This document shows, in pieces, positions 16,537 through 24,983 of a stretch of 36,522 nucleotides of DNA. The DNA lies in IMG/VR virus record IMGVR_UViG_3300005612_000008, positions 1 to 36,522 of that record; one strand, given 5' to 3'. A program made the translations under genes and the position numbers. The number at the start of each line of letters is the position of its first letter. The stretch's first letter is position 1. The notes under the pieces were generated by a model. The model was not told the origin of the DNA, ran no database searches, and saw nothing but the letters and a program-made list of their open reading frames with translations. This DNA is from a virus. Its lineage: Duplodnaviria > Caudoviricetes.

Positions 16537-16929
16537 ATGAGTAAGCAGAAGGATTGGGGCTTTGCCGAATGTTCGTCTTCCTACGTTACGGTTGACAAGG
16601 AGGGCGGTTTAAGGCATGTACCGCGCCACAAATACAAAGCAAAGCCATGCGAGCTTGACGGCATAAGGTTCGCCAGCAGATTAGAGGCAAGATACTATGC
16701 GCAGCAGAAGCTTAGAATTGCGGCCGGAGAGATTGTGTTCTCGCTTCGGCAGGTTCCTTTCCACCTTCCGGGGAATACAAGGTATGTTTGCGACTTCCTC
16801 GAGTTCCACGCAGATGGCAGCGTTCATGTTGTCGATACGAAAGGCGTGGAGACAGCCGCATTTAAGCGAGCCAAAAAACAGGTAGAGGCCATCTATCCTA
16901 TTGAGATTGAAGTCGTCAAAAAAGCTTGA
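16537..16929 (+). CDS. DUF1064-family PD-(D/E)XK nuclease-like protein
   Basis: KYKAKP..DGIRFASRLEARYY...YVCDF...VVDTKG. Confidence 0.88.
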   Translation: MSKQKDWGFAECSSSYVTVDKEGGLRHVPRHKYKAKPCELDGIRFASRLEARYYAQQKLRIAAGEIVFSLRQVPFHLPGNTRYVCDFLEFHADGSVHVVDTKGVETAAFKRAKKQVEAIYPIEIEVVKKA

Positions 16930-16959
16930 AACTGGACTCGAATTTTTTGCCAAAAAACC

Positions 16960-16988
16960 TTGACATAAGATTTGCAATTTGCGAAACT
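16960..16988 (+). promoter_or_regulatory. sigma70-like promoter with an operator palindrome in the spacer
   Basis: TTGACA-17bp-GAAACT, with TTTGCA-ATT-TGCGAA at 16971-16985. Confidence 0.7.
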
Positions 16989-17040
16989 AACCCCGTCGCA
17001 ATGAAGCGACAACCAACCAAACCAGACACATGAGGACGCT

Positions 17041-17340
17041 ATGAAAACCATCACCTCCACCATTCTTGCAGCAGTTATCACGACCGCTTCTTTCGTCAGT
17101 TCGGCCGATGTTATGCGCTACGAGGCCAGCGTTGACGGCGCGCCCCCGGTAAGCGTGTTTATGCGCGCCCAGCCGGCCGCTGGCGATACGCTTGTTACCC
17201 GCAACGCATGCTTCACGGTCGACGATGTCGAGCTGGACGTTTATGGGGGTCTCTATGATCCCGACGGTCAGCGTAGCGTCGACGACCAATATACCCGCGT
17301 GGGCGCCATCTACGGCTCCCGCATCCTATGCGCGGACTAA
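17041..17340 (+). CDS. Exported small beta protein, distant paralog of the next two genes
   Basis: GAGGA RBS; signal peptide MKTITSTILAAVITTASFVSSA|D; two Cys. Confidence 0.75.
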   Translation: MKTITSTILAAVITTASFVSSADVMRYEASVDGAPPVSVFMRAQPAAGDTLVTRNACFTVDDVELDVYGGLYDPDGQRSVDDQYTRVGAIYGSRILCAD

Positions 17341-17379
17341 TTCCGGGCGTGGTGGCTCCTAGCCGTTAAAACCGGCCAA

Positions 17380-17402
17380 GCGGGTGGAAAGCCCGCATTT
17401 TT
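17380..17402 (+). terminator. Possible weak terminator/attenuator hairpin
   Basis: GCGGG-tggaaag-CCCGC followed by ATTTTT. Confidence 0.4.
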
Positions 17403-17419
17403 CGCCAAAAGGTAAAGCA

Positions 17420-17665
17420 ATGATTAAAATTGATTTGTACGATGTTGGCGCGGGTGAGGAAGGCAGAGGATTTCAAGGTATCGGCGAGAAATACGTCGAC
17501 GCTATTCCGCTCCAAGGCTCCAGCCTGGAGATCGGCGACATCGAGTACATTGTCGATGGCGTTACCATTCGGGTATACGATACGAACCTGAACGACCTAA
17601 CCCCGCACATTGCCGCAATCGTTTATGTGAGCTGTGGGCAGATGTGGGGCGAAAGAAATGATTAA
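17420..17665 (+). CDS. Hypothetical protein, tandem paralog A
   Basis: MIKIDL...KYVDAIP..GSSL...EY.V..VTI..YDTNLN shared with the next ORF. Confidence 0.8.
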   Translation: MIKIDLYDVGAGEEGRGFQGIGEKYVDAIPLQGSSLEIGDIEYIVDGVTIRVYDTNLNDLTPHIAAIVYVSCGQMWGERND

Positions 17666-17876
17666 AATTGATCTGATTGATGCTTATGGGATTGGTGACG
17701 GATGCTTTAAATACAAATCTTACGGACAAAAATATGTCGACGCCATTCCGTCAGTAGGTTCGTCACTCGCCTTCAGCGGGAAAGAATATCTTGTCGAATC
17801 TGTAACGATTCAGGCTTATGACACAAACTTAAACGAGCTGACCGGAAGGATTTCGGCAGCGGTGTACGTAGCATGA
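17658..17876 (+). CDS. Hypothetical protein, tandem paralog B
   Basis: Same motifs as paralog A; its start overlaps the end of paralog A. Confidence 0.8.
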   Translation: MIKIDLIDAYGIGDGCFKYKSYGQKYVDAIPSVGSSLAFSGKEYLVESVTIQAYDTNLNELTGRISAAVYVA

Positions 17877-18289
17877 CCATGAATCTGCGACCGATGAAGC
17901 CGAAAAAGATCGTTCCGCGCACCGGGACGTTACTCCCGAAATACGAGGACGGCCTTCGCATATCACAGTGCCAGATTATAATCAAATGCCTTGGGCGAAA
18001 GGCCGTGAATTTCGGAGCTAGAATGGCGTTTTTTTATCAAGCAAAATGCAGCTGCGGCGCTCTGAACGAGTACACGCAAGACTCAATTCGCAGCATGATA
18101 CGGCTTGACCGGAAGAGCTGCAAGCATTGCTTCCAACCGAAACCACGGATAAGTAAAAATCCCTACACGCAACTGGACCTGGCCGCGCGGGAGGACGCCA
18201 AGTTCCTCGCGAAGCATTGGGACCCATCATCCGCGAAGACCGCGGCATTTGTAGTAGACGCAGGCCTTTCGGATTGGAAGCCCAGGTAA
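17873..18289 (+). CDS. Zn-binding hypothetical protein
   Basis: CSCG...SCKHC resembles the small DNA-binding module found N-terminal to phage HNH/AP2 proteins; no nuclease motif seen. Confidence 0.6.
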   Translation: MTMNLRPMKPKKIVPRTGTLLPKYEDGLRISQCQIIIKCLGRKAVNFGARMAFFYQAKCSCGALNEYTQDSIRSMIRLDRKSCKHCFQPKPRISKNPYTQLDLAAREDAKFLAKHWDPSSAKTAAFVVDAGLSDWKPR

Positions 18290-18321
18290 GTGTGTTTTAT
18301 ACACTAACTCATATTTTAGCC

Positions 18322-18337
18322 TTGACCGAACGGTCAA
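18322..18337. promoter_or_regulatory. Perfect palindrome TTGACCG-AA-CGGTCAA (TetR-type operator shape) upstream of terS
   Basis: 7-2-7 inverted repeat ending 15 bp before the TerS start. Confidence 0.6.
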
Positions 18338-18352
18338 TAATGGGTTGCGGCT

Positions 18353-18907
18353 ATGGCTGACGATACAAAAAAGTTCACGAAGATTCCGCCGACACAAGTA
18401 ATAAGGCGGTTTGTCACCGCCAAGCGGAAAAGGCTGATTTCGCATCTTTACACTAAAGGGCACAGCCAGGCTGATATAGCGGACCAGCTTAAGGTTACTG
18501 TGCAGACTGTACGCAATACCATTAATGAGCTTCTGGAAGACTGGCGGGAAGATTCAATCCAAGAACTACACGACTATTTGCGCCGAGAAGACCAGAAGAT
18601 CGCTCTGGTGGAAAAGAGCGCATGGGATGCGTGGCAGGACATGATGGACAACGTCCACCGCGAAGTCCCGGACGCAAACGGCGAGATGATGACGCGATAC
18701 GTGCCGCCTAACCCACAGTTTCTCGCCATAGTACTCAAGGCGGTTGAGACTAGGCAGCGGTTGTTCAAAATGGACTCGAGCGACATACAAGAAATTATGA
18801 AACGGATCTTCGGAATAGACGGTGACGGGGCCGATGCTCCAGCGCCAGAGTTTTACCTGCCCACACTTGTTGAGATAACTGGAGAAAACGATGATCAACC
18901 CGGCTGA
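18353..18907 (+). CDS. Terminase small subunit (HTH)
   Basis: N-terminal HTH (GHSQADIADQLKVTVQTVRN), helical body, PNPQFLAIVLKAVETRQRLF; upstream of TerL. Confidence 0.7.
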   Translation: MADDTKKFTKIPPTQVIRRFVTAKRKRLISHLYTKGHSQADIADQLKVTVQTVRNTINELLEDWREDSIQELHDYLRREDQKIALVEKSAWDAWQDMMDNVHREVPDANGEMMTRYVPPNPQFLAIVLKAVETRQRLFKMDSSDIQEIMKRIFGIDGDGADAPAPEFYLPTLVEITGENDDQPG

Positions 18908-19154
18908 TGCGTTAACATACATTATGATTTGGTTCCTTCTGGCTATTTTTGGCGCCGCTATGCTCGGGCGATTCAACAAGGCGGGGTCCGGATTCATGCT
19001 CGGCCTATTTCTTGGTCCCCTCGGCGTTTTGATCGCATGGGGAATCCGCGACCACGAAAAATCCAAGCAAGATCTTGCAATTCGCGAGGCTATGAAAAAA
19101 GACATTCTATCGCAAATGGTGGCAGCCGCCGATGCTGATGGCGGGCAAAAGTGA
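18891..19154 (+). CDS. Small two-TM membrane protein
   Basis: Two hydrophobic segments, including GFMLGLFLGPLGVLIAW. Confidence 0.7.
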   Translation: MINPADALTYIMIWFLLAIFGAAMLGRFNKAGSGFMLGLFLGPLGVLIAWGIRDHEKSKQDLAIREAMKKDILSQMVAAADADGGQK

Positions 19155-19417
19155 GCAATCTGAAAGGCGCCGTTAGACTGCTTTGCGAGCACTGCACACC
19201 CGTTTTCCAGGATGACGAAGCGGACAGAAGCCTATATGCGACAGGCATTAATCTTACTGGGCTGACTTGCGGCGAGATTGCCCGCCTTCGCTGTTTTGGC
19301 ATGTCTCAGCTCCTATCTCCGTCTCCGGCGAATGGCTCGGTTAGATCTAAAATGCTTTTCGGCCGGGCGCAAGAGGCCAATAGATACGTCGAGATGTTTT
19401 TGGGGGGAGAGAACTGA
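19151..19417 (+). CDS. Hypothetical protein
   Basis: GTGA overlap; coupled to both neighbours. Confidence 0.55.
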   Translation: MSNLKGAVRLLCEHCTPVFQDDEADRSLYATGINLTGLTCGEIARLRCFGMSQLLSPSPANGSVRSKMLFGRAQEANRYVEMFLGGEN

Positions 19418-19674
19418 TGACTAAATTCGAGCGCGCAATACCGATTTTCCTCAAATACGGAAAGCCCCAATTCAAGGATGATCACGACGGGAAGAGAATG
19501 ATCGAGGTAGACATAGACCTTATAAATATGCTGCTGAGCGACTGCGCGGCCATTGAGCAGCTTGGCTTCTACGTCTACTTTGTTCAGGACAACATGCGCT
19601 TCTACTCTCGCGAGATGTACGGGCAGGCCGATGATGCAAACTACCATGTTGAGCAAGTCGCAGGCGCGCGGTAG
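19417..19674 (+). CDS. Hypothetical protein
   Basis: TGATG coupling; GGAG RBS. Confidence 0.6.
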   Translation: MTKFERAIPIFLKYGKPQFKDDHDGKRMIEVDIDLINMLLSDCAAIEQLGFYVYFVQDNMRFYSREMYGQADDANYHVEQVAGAR

Positions 19675-19682
19675 TGCCCGGC

Positions 19683-21110
19683 ATGGCAAAGGCAGTACCG
19701 CCACAGCAGCAAGGGTCGCCTGGGCGGGCTCCGCCAATCATCAAGCCCAACCCAGGCCCGCAAACCCTGTTCTCGCAACTGGGAGCCCGCATCTCGATTT
19801 TCGGCGGACAAGCGGGCGGAGGTAAATCCTTCGCCCTACTTGCCAATGCCCTCCGGTACATCGCCTATCAGAACTATTTCTTCGCCATTTTCCGCCGAGA
19901 ATCGGTGCAAATCGACAAGAAAGGCGGCCTGTGGGATGAATCGATGAAGCTTTACCCGGCCATGGGCGGCCGCGGTAATCGCCAGCGGCATGAGTGGCAG
20001 TTTCCAGCGCCATCGTCCGGGCAGTTCGGTCATATGGAGAACTCGAACGACTATCTGAAGTGGGACGGGTCGCAGATCAGCTATATCGGCTTCGACGAAC
20101 TCCAGCATTTCACCGAGCTGCAATTCTGGTACATGCTGAGCAGGAACCGCAACGCCTCAGGCCTCCCGTGCTTTGTGCGTGGGTCGTGCAACCCAAAGCC
20201 CAACTGCTGGCTCTCTAGCCTCCTACAGTGGTGGTGGGACCCCGAGACCGGATACCCGATCAAGAAGCGCAGCGGGAAGGTCAGGTGGTTGCTGCGGTTC
20301 GGCGAGGATATTCACTGGGGGGAGTCGAAGCTCGAGCTGATCGCGCGGTTCGCGCCGGAATTTATCAACGATCCCGACAACCCAAAGAATCCGGTACGGC
20401 CGGTATCCTTCACCTTCATCATGTCCTCGCTTGATGACAACCCGATCTACCGGGAGAACATGGAATACCGGTCTGGTCTTATGCTCTTGCCCCGGGTGGA
20501 GCAGGAACGTCTGCTTAAGGGCAATTGGAAAATAGTCCCCAGCTCGGGAGATTATTTCCCACGCGACAAGGTCGAAATAGTCGACGCGGCGCCGCAGTGC
20601 ATCCAGGTTGCGCGATGCTGGGACCAGGCCGCGACGAAGCCAAGCTCCCAGAACCCGGACCCTGATTGGACAGCATCGTTGAAAATGGGCGTTGCCGGCG
20701 GCCAGTATTTTATCCTGGACGCGCACCGATTTCGCGAAGATCCGGCTGGTGTAAATCGCGGCATCGCGAATCTTGCGGGGCAGGACGGTCAGGCGGCCCG
20801 GATTGGGCTTTTCCAGGACCCTGGGTCAGCTGGGAAGGCCTTGTTCGCATCTCAGGCCGCCATGCTCGCAGGCAAAATTGTGATAAAGCTTGCCACGACC
20901 CGAGATAAGGAAACGCAAGCTCTCCCGCTCTCCGCTCAGTGGGGGGCCGGGAATGTGAAGATCGTCAGAGGCCCCTGGAACGAGGCTTTTCTCGAGGAGA
21001 TGAACAGGTTCGGCTCTGGCGAGGGCCATGATGACTGGGTAGACGCCGCATCTGGCGCCTTTTTAATGTGCAGAACTCGGCGAGTTGGGCCGATAGGGGC
21101 ATCGATATGA
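19683..21110 (+). CDS. terL: Terminase large subunit
   Basis: Q motif (PNPGPQ), Walker A GGQAGGGKS, Walker B IGFDE, SCNP coupling motif, nuclease WDQA...HDDWVDA. Confidence 0.96.
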   Translation: MAKAVPPQQQGSPGRAPPIIKPNPGPQTLFSQLGARISIFGGQAGGGKSFALLANALRYIAYQNYFFAIFRRESVQIDKKGGLWDESMKLYPAMGGRGNRQRHEWQFPAPSSGQFGHMENSNDYLKWDGSQISYIGFDELQHFTELQFWYMLSRNRNASGLPCFVRGSCNPKPNCWLSSLLQWWWDPETGYPIKKRSGKVRWLLRFGEDIHWGESKLELIARFAPEFINDPDNPKNPVRPVSFTFIMSSLDDNPIYRENMEYRSGLMLLPRVEQERLLKGNWKIVPSSGDYFPRDKVEIVDAAPQCIQVARCWDQAATKPSSQNPDPDWTASLKMGVAGGQYFILDAHRFREDPAGVNRGIANLAGQDGQAARIGLFQDPGSAGKALFASQAAMLAGKIVIKLATTRDKETQALPLSAQWGAGNVKIVRGPWNEAFLEEMNRFGSGEGHDDWVDAASGAFLMCRTRRVGPIGASI

Positions 21111-21475
21111 CATACCGAAAACCTGTGACGAAAACCACGAATACCCGCAGCCTGGGCCGGACTCCGAAGAAAACGCCGCCCAACGGGAAGCAATACGAGA
21201 TGCAGGAATGGGATCTTCTGAAAGAAGAGATAGCCGGGCTTGAGATTGACAACAAATACAAGGTCGCGGTCCTAAATCTCTTGCAAACAAAGTTCGCTGG
21301 TCAGCGGATTTACATCAGGGCCGGCGACGCGCGCGATGAGACCCGGCGCAAGGCGGTAAAGGCGCTGATAGCGGCCAATGTGCCGCCAGTTGATGCTGCT
21401 ATCGCTATTTCCAACCGCTTCGGCGTATCCCGCGAAACAGCCAGGAAGATCGTAAAAAATGCCATTCCCTCCTGA
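21107..21475 (+). CDS. Mor/C-like transcriptional activator
   Basis: FAGQRIYI (Mor-family FGG.x.YI motif) and a C-terminal HTH (ISNRFGVSRETARKIV). Confidence 0.65.
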   Translation: MTYRKPVTKTTNTRSLGRTPKKTPPNGKQYEMQEWDLLKEEIAGLEIDNKYKVAVLNLLQTKFAGQRIYIRAGDARDETRRKAVKALIAANVPPVDAAIAISNRFGVSRETARKIVKNAIPS

Positions 21476-22508
21476 AGATCCGCGTTTCCTGCAAATTCAG
21501 CGCAATATCGATTATGCGGTTTCGCTAATCTTTGAAAAGCTACTGCTCGCCATATCTGAGGATAGGCCCGTGCAGGAGGTGCTCGCAGAGTCGCTAGCGG
21601 CCTACAACGCCGAGGTGGGTGTCATCATAGGAACCGCACTTGGTGAGCGGCTGGCTGGCTTCGTTGGCACCCTGGACCTGAGGGACTATGTGGTCGACGG
21701 CTTCCCCCTGAGCGACCGCCTCTACCGAAAGTCGGTCGATGTCTCGCGCGCCGCGCGGCAGGTGGTCGCTAAGCATGCCAAAGGCCTGCACTCTGCGCAG
21801 AAGCTTACGCTCGAGCTATTTGAGGGGTATCGGTTCGACCAACCCAGGGCGATCTTGGATATCCAGGCCAAGCTGCCCAAGTATCTACGCAAGCCGTTTG
21901 CCAACATCAAAATAGCAAGGCTCCGCACCCCCGCGCTTCGAGCAGCCTACCAGAAAGTGATAAATCATCAGCTGGAGCTGGCCAGCGAGGCCGCTATGGA
22001 GCGGGCGCTACGAGTGGCATGGGACGAGCAGGGGAGATACTTCGCGGCGCGTATCGCCCGCACAGAGCTTGCCAGGATAGTGAATACCCAGGACGGGGAG
22101 GAGATCATGGCCGATCCGGAGTTGAGGGTGGTAGAGATTAGGCTTTCCCAGGCTCACCCGAAAGTCGATATCTGCGACGCGCACGCGCGGGCCGATAAGT
22201 ACGGGCTTGGCCCGGGCATGTACCCGAAGGCGAAGGCACCCCGGCCGCCGTTCCACCCGCACTGCTACTGCCAGATTGTTCGGCGATACGACCTTGACGG
22301 CGGGCAGGCGCGCGAGCGGCCAGGAGCGTACAGGAGCTTTCTAAGGTCCTTGCCTGCCAAAGAGCGCGCGCTTGTCGTCGGCTCTTATGACAAGGCCGCT
22401 GAAGTGCTCTCAGGAAAGGATTTGGTTGGCGTGATCGATAGGGGCAAGCGCCCCGCATTCAAGACCAAGACGCTATCAGGCCGTCCGGCGTTTGTAATCA
22501 AAAAATAA
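21459..22508 (+). CDS. Minor head protein, MuF/SPP1 gp7-like
   Basis: RIARTELAR, HPKVDICD and PPFHPHCYC motifs. Confidence 0.85.
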   Translation: MPFPPEDPRFLQIQRNIDYAVSLIFEKLLLAISEDRPVQEVLAESLAAYNAEVGVIIGTALGERLAGFVGTLDLRDYVVDGFPLSDRLYRKSVDVSRAARQVVAKHAKGLHSAQKLTLELFEGYRFDQPRAILDIQAKLPKYLRKPFANIKIARLRTPALRAAYQKVINHQLELASEAAMERALRVAWDEQGRYFAARIARTELARIVNTQDGEEIMADPELRVVEIRLSQAHPKVDICDAHARADKYGLGPGMYPKAKAPRPPFHPHCYCQIVRRYDLDGGQARERPGAYRSFLRSLPAKERALVVGSYDKAAEVLSGKDLVGVIDRGKRPAFKTKTLSGRPAFVIKK

Positions 22509-22509
22509 T

Positions 22510-22560
22510 TTCGCAATTTGCAAAATAAACCCTTGCATGTTGGCGCCAACGCGCTATACT
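22510..22560 (+). promoter_or_regulatory. Operator palindrome and promoter of the accessory operon
   Basis: TTCGCA-ATT-TGCAAA (22510-24); TTGCAT-16bp-TATACT; the spacer contains the palindrome GTTGGCGCCAAC. Confidence 0.7.
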
Positions 22561-22606
22561 TAAAGCATACAAGCCAAACACAAGCCACAGAGACCGGAGA
22601 GACGCT

Positions 22607-22801
22607 ATGTTTAAAGTAGAGTGTGAAAAATTTGAGACCTTTTTGGATGCTGAGGATTACGCAAAAAACCTGATTATTGGGCTGCCCTACGGCGAACACA
22701 TTATGATCGAGACGAGAATGGGAGATGAGTCGGATTCATACTGGGAGCCCACGCATCGCGTAGAACGGGATCGTGGTGGCAAGCCGGTGGTCCGCCGATA
22801 G
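22607..22801 (+). CDS. Hypothetical protein
   Basis: GGAG RBS directly after the promoter. Confidence 0.65.
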   Translation: MFKVECEKFETFLDAEDYAKNLIIGLPYGEHIMIETRMGDESDSYWEPTHRVERDRGGKPVVRR

Positions 22802-22840
22802 CGCGCACTCTTTGATAGATTTCGCGTAGACCAGTCAATA

Positions 22841-22862
22841 GCGCCAAGTAGGGCGCGCAAAA
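22841..22862 (+). repeat. 22-bp leader repeat, copy 1
   Basis: GCGCCAAGTAGGGCGCGCAAAA is identical to 23373-23394. Confidence 0.9.
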
Positions 22863-22876
22863 CACAGAGAGAAGCC

Positions 22877-23364
22877 ATGAACAACCAGACCAGCACCACC
22901 GATTACATCAGCGAAGCACGGAAAATACTTGCGTTTCGTAAAACAGGTGTCGTTGAATTGCGGCTTATTAGGCGGCCGCCAGGTGAGACCACCGTTGCAA
23001 TCGGCGGAGAATATCAGGTTAATGGTGACTCCGGAGTATCCTATAAGATCCGCCCCGAAGTTCTTGCTGGGTTCCCGGACACTGTGTCGTGGGTGCTTTT
23101 CTACTCGGGCAAGCGCGTGGTGTGCCAGGACGCTTGGCAGGCAATTTTAACGGCAAACGAGCATGAGGGCTTGAGGACTTCAGGATTGAGTCAGGCGCCA
23201 CAGTCGAATACACCGGTTCGCGCGGCGAAATCTGGGTTGACTACCCGGTCGGAATTATCACCCTCGAAGAGGAACTCGAGCTAACCGAGCGAGTATACAG
23301 GCTCGCGATCAGGCACGGGCTTACCTACACCGGGATGCACTTCGACGCCCCGATTTACAGCTAG
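22877..23364 (+). pseudogene. Hypothetical gene with a probable frameshift near 23167 (or two overlapping ORFs)
   Basis: Frame 0 ends in a Ser/Arg-rich tail at 23284. The -1 frame from 23167 reads GLEDFRIESGATVEYTGSRGEIWVDYPVGIITLEEELELTERVYRLAIRHGLTYTGMHFDAPIYS* to 23364. Confidence 0.5.
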
Positions 23365-23372
23365 TCGCAAAT

Positions 23373-23394
23373 GCGCCAAGTAGGGCGCGCAAAA
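23373..23394 (+). repeat. 22-bp leader repeat, copy 2
   Basis: Identical to 22841-22862; directly before the GAGGAG RBS. Confidence 0.9.
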
Positions 23395-23407
23395 TAGAGG
23401 AGTAGAA

Positions 23408-23851
23408 ATGAAAAAGACAAGTACAGAGCGATCAAGCGAGCGGGATGCCCGCATGAGAGAGGCAGGCCTGGTACAGCGCAAGGTATGGGCATATCCGGAA
23501 GATTGGGCGAAAATTTACGGATATGTGAGTGTGTTAAATTGTGAGTATGAGGAATACCTCAATCTACTAGAAAGCGAGGGAAAACGCATGGACTGGCAAT
23601 CGAAACCATCTAAATTTAAAGATCGAAACCTTGAGATAACTCGCAGAGTAGGATATGGCGAGACCTACGAGGAGGTTGCCAAGGATTACGACATGACAGC
23701 TTCTAACGTCAAGGCTATCGTTCGCCGCACTTGCCTGACAATACTAAATGTCCAATGGAATTACCAAAGAGCATGCAACGGCAAGCCGGCTGGCATCAAT
23801 TTGGTTAGGCCGAGAATCCGCGCGGCATTTGAGAAAGGGGGCGTGAAATGA
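23408..23851 (+). CDS. DNA-binding protein (N-terminal RHH-like segment plus C-terminal sigma-region-4-like HTH)
   Basis: RMREAGLVQRKVW and RNLEITRRVGYGETYEEVAKDYDMTASNVKAIV. Confidence 0.65.
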   Translation: MKKTSTERSSERDARMREAGLVQRKVWAYPEDWAKIYGYVSVLNCEYEEYLNLLESEGKRMDWQSKPSKFKDRNLEITRRVGYGETYEEVAKDYDMTASNVKAIVRRTCLTILNVQWNYQRACNGKPAGINLVRPRIRAAFEKGGVK

Positions 23852-24195
23852 GCGGGGAATCCTGTTTCTGCGACTATGACTCGCCAACAATTTACAATGC
23901 AGTCCGGCCAATCGCCAGAAAATCGTATGAATGCTCTGAATGCGGCCGGAGAATAAACCGGGGTGAACGCTACGAGCGCGCGAATGGGCGCTGGGACTAT
24001 GGGTTTGACACGTTCAAAACGTGCGTTTACTGCCTGTCTGCTCGCGACAGGATGGAGTCTGCCTACAAGTGCTTTTGCTGGAGCCACGGCGGGTTGCGCG
24101 AGGATATTGCGAATCACTTGGATTGCGAGGCAGCCGTGCCAGGCATAAGGTTCGCAGTAGGGCGAGTCGAGGTTTATAGACGGAGGGATTTATGA
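23848..24195 (+). CDS. Zinc-finger phage protein
   Basis: ARKSYECSECGRRINRGERY...KTCVYC. Confidence 0.75.
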   Translation: MSGESCFCDYDSPTIYNAVRPIARKSYECSECGRRINRGERYERANGRWDYGFDTFKTCVYCLSARDRMESAYKCFCWSHGGLREDIANHLDCEAAVPGIRFAVGRVEVYRRRDL

Positions 24196-24258
24196 GAAAA
24201 AAGATTTGCAGGCTGTTGAGTTACGCAAGGAGTAAATCAAAAATGTTTGCGTCTAAGC

Positions 24259-24669
24259 CTAAGCACGATTACAAGGCACCACAACCGTAAACTCGGCGAC
24301 CGCGACCTTGTATTCGTCGAAGCCATCCACAAGCTGGTCAACGTCGAAAGTGACGGAAACCCACATGGCTTGATAGTCGGTGTGGGCGGCTTCCATAATG
24401 GCGCGGATTTGGCGATGCATCTCGAGCTGGGAACCGTAAATATCCAGTAACCCGCCATCGTCAAATTCGTGCCTGGGCTCCCCGAAGAATATCGAGACAG
24501 AGGCCTGGTCGCTGTAGTAGTCGTCTGTGGCGTCTAAGCGGTCTATCACCACCCTGATGAGCGGATAGTCATCACCGCTTATCGTCCGTTCGATCCCGGC
24601 CTTGACGGTATTTACCCCGCCTACTTCGCGTAGGTCGGCTAGCATGCTTTGCAGTGCGGCCTTGTTCAT
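24259..24669 (-). CDS. Putative tail terminator / completion protein
   Basis: 136 aa, acidic, YPLIRV motif; last gene of the portal/neck operon. Confidence 0.55.
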   Translation of the reverse strand: MNKAALQSMLADLREVGGVNTVKAGIERTISGDDYPLIRVVIDRLDATDDYYSDQASVSIFFGEPRHEFDDGGLLDIYGSQLEMHRQIRAIMEAAHTDYQAMWVSVTFDVDQLVDGFDEYKVAVAEFTVVVPCNRA

Positions 24670-24983
24670 GCGCGGGCTATCGGAATCGAGAGTGAGTTAA
24701 GGGTCAAGCCGCTGGTTGCGTCTGTCGTTGCGTTTTTGGCGATGGCCACGCGGTTTTTAAACTCCCGGTTGTAGGTCGCCAGCTTCGTCGAGAATGCGTC
24801 GTCCGGGCTCGCCAGCTTGCGCTGACAAATCAGGATGTACGCCCGGAGCGGGACTAACTTAGCCAGGTGAGTTGCCGAGAACGAGGCGTAAATTTCGTTC
24901 ACGTCCGCAAGCGCTTCAATCTCGATAGCCGGGGTGATCAGCTTCCCCAGGTACGAATCATCATAAGTATAAGTTATGGCCAT
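24666..24983 (-). CDS. Putative head-tail adaptor
   Basis: 105 aa, helical; in the portal operon. Confidence 0.5.
   Translation of the reverse strand: MAITYTYDDSYLGKLITPAIEIEALADVNEIYASFSATHLAKLVPLRAYILICQRKLASPDDAFSTKLATYNREFKNRVAIAKNATTDATSGLTLNSLSIPIARA

Noticed and set aside
17341-17402. tRNA gene
   Set aside because: Only a T-arm-sized hairpin without TTCGA; no acceptor stem, anticodon arm or CCA.
22841-23394. CRISPR mini-array
   Set aside because: Only two copies, separated by ~510 bp of coding DNA, and no cas genes.
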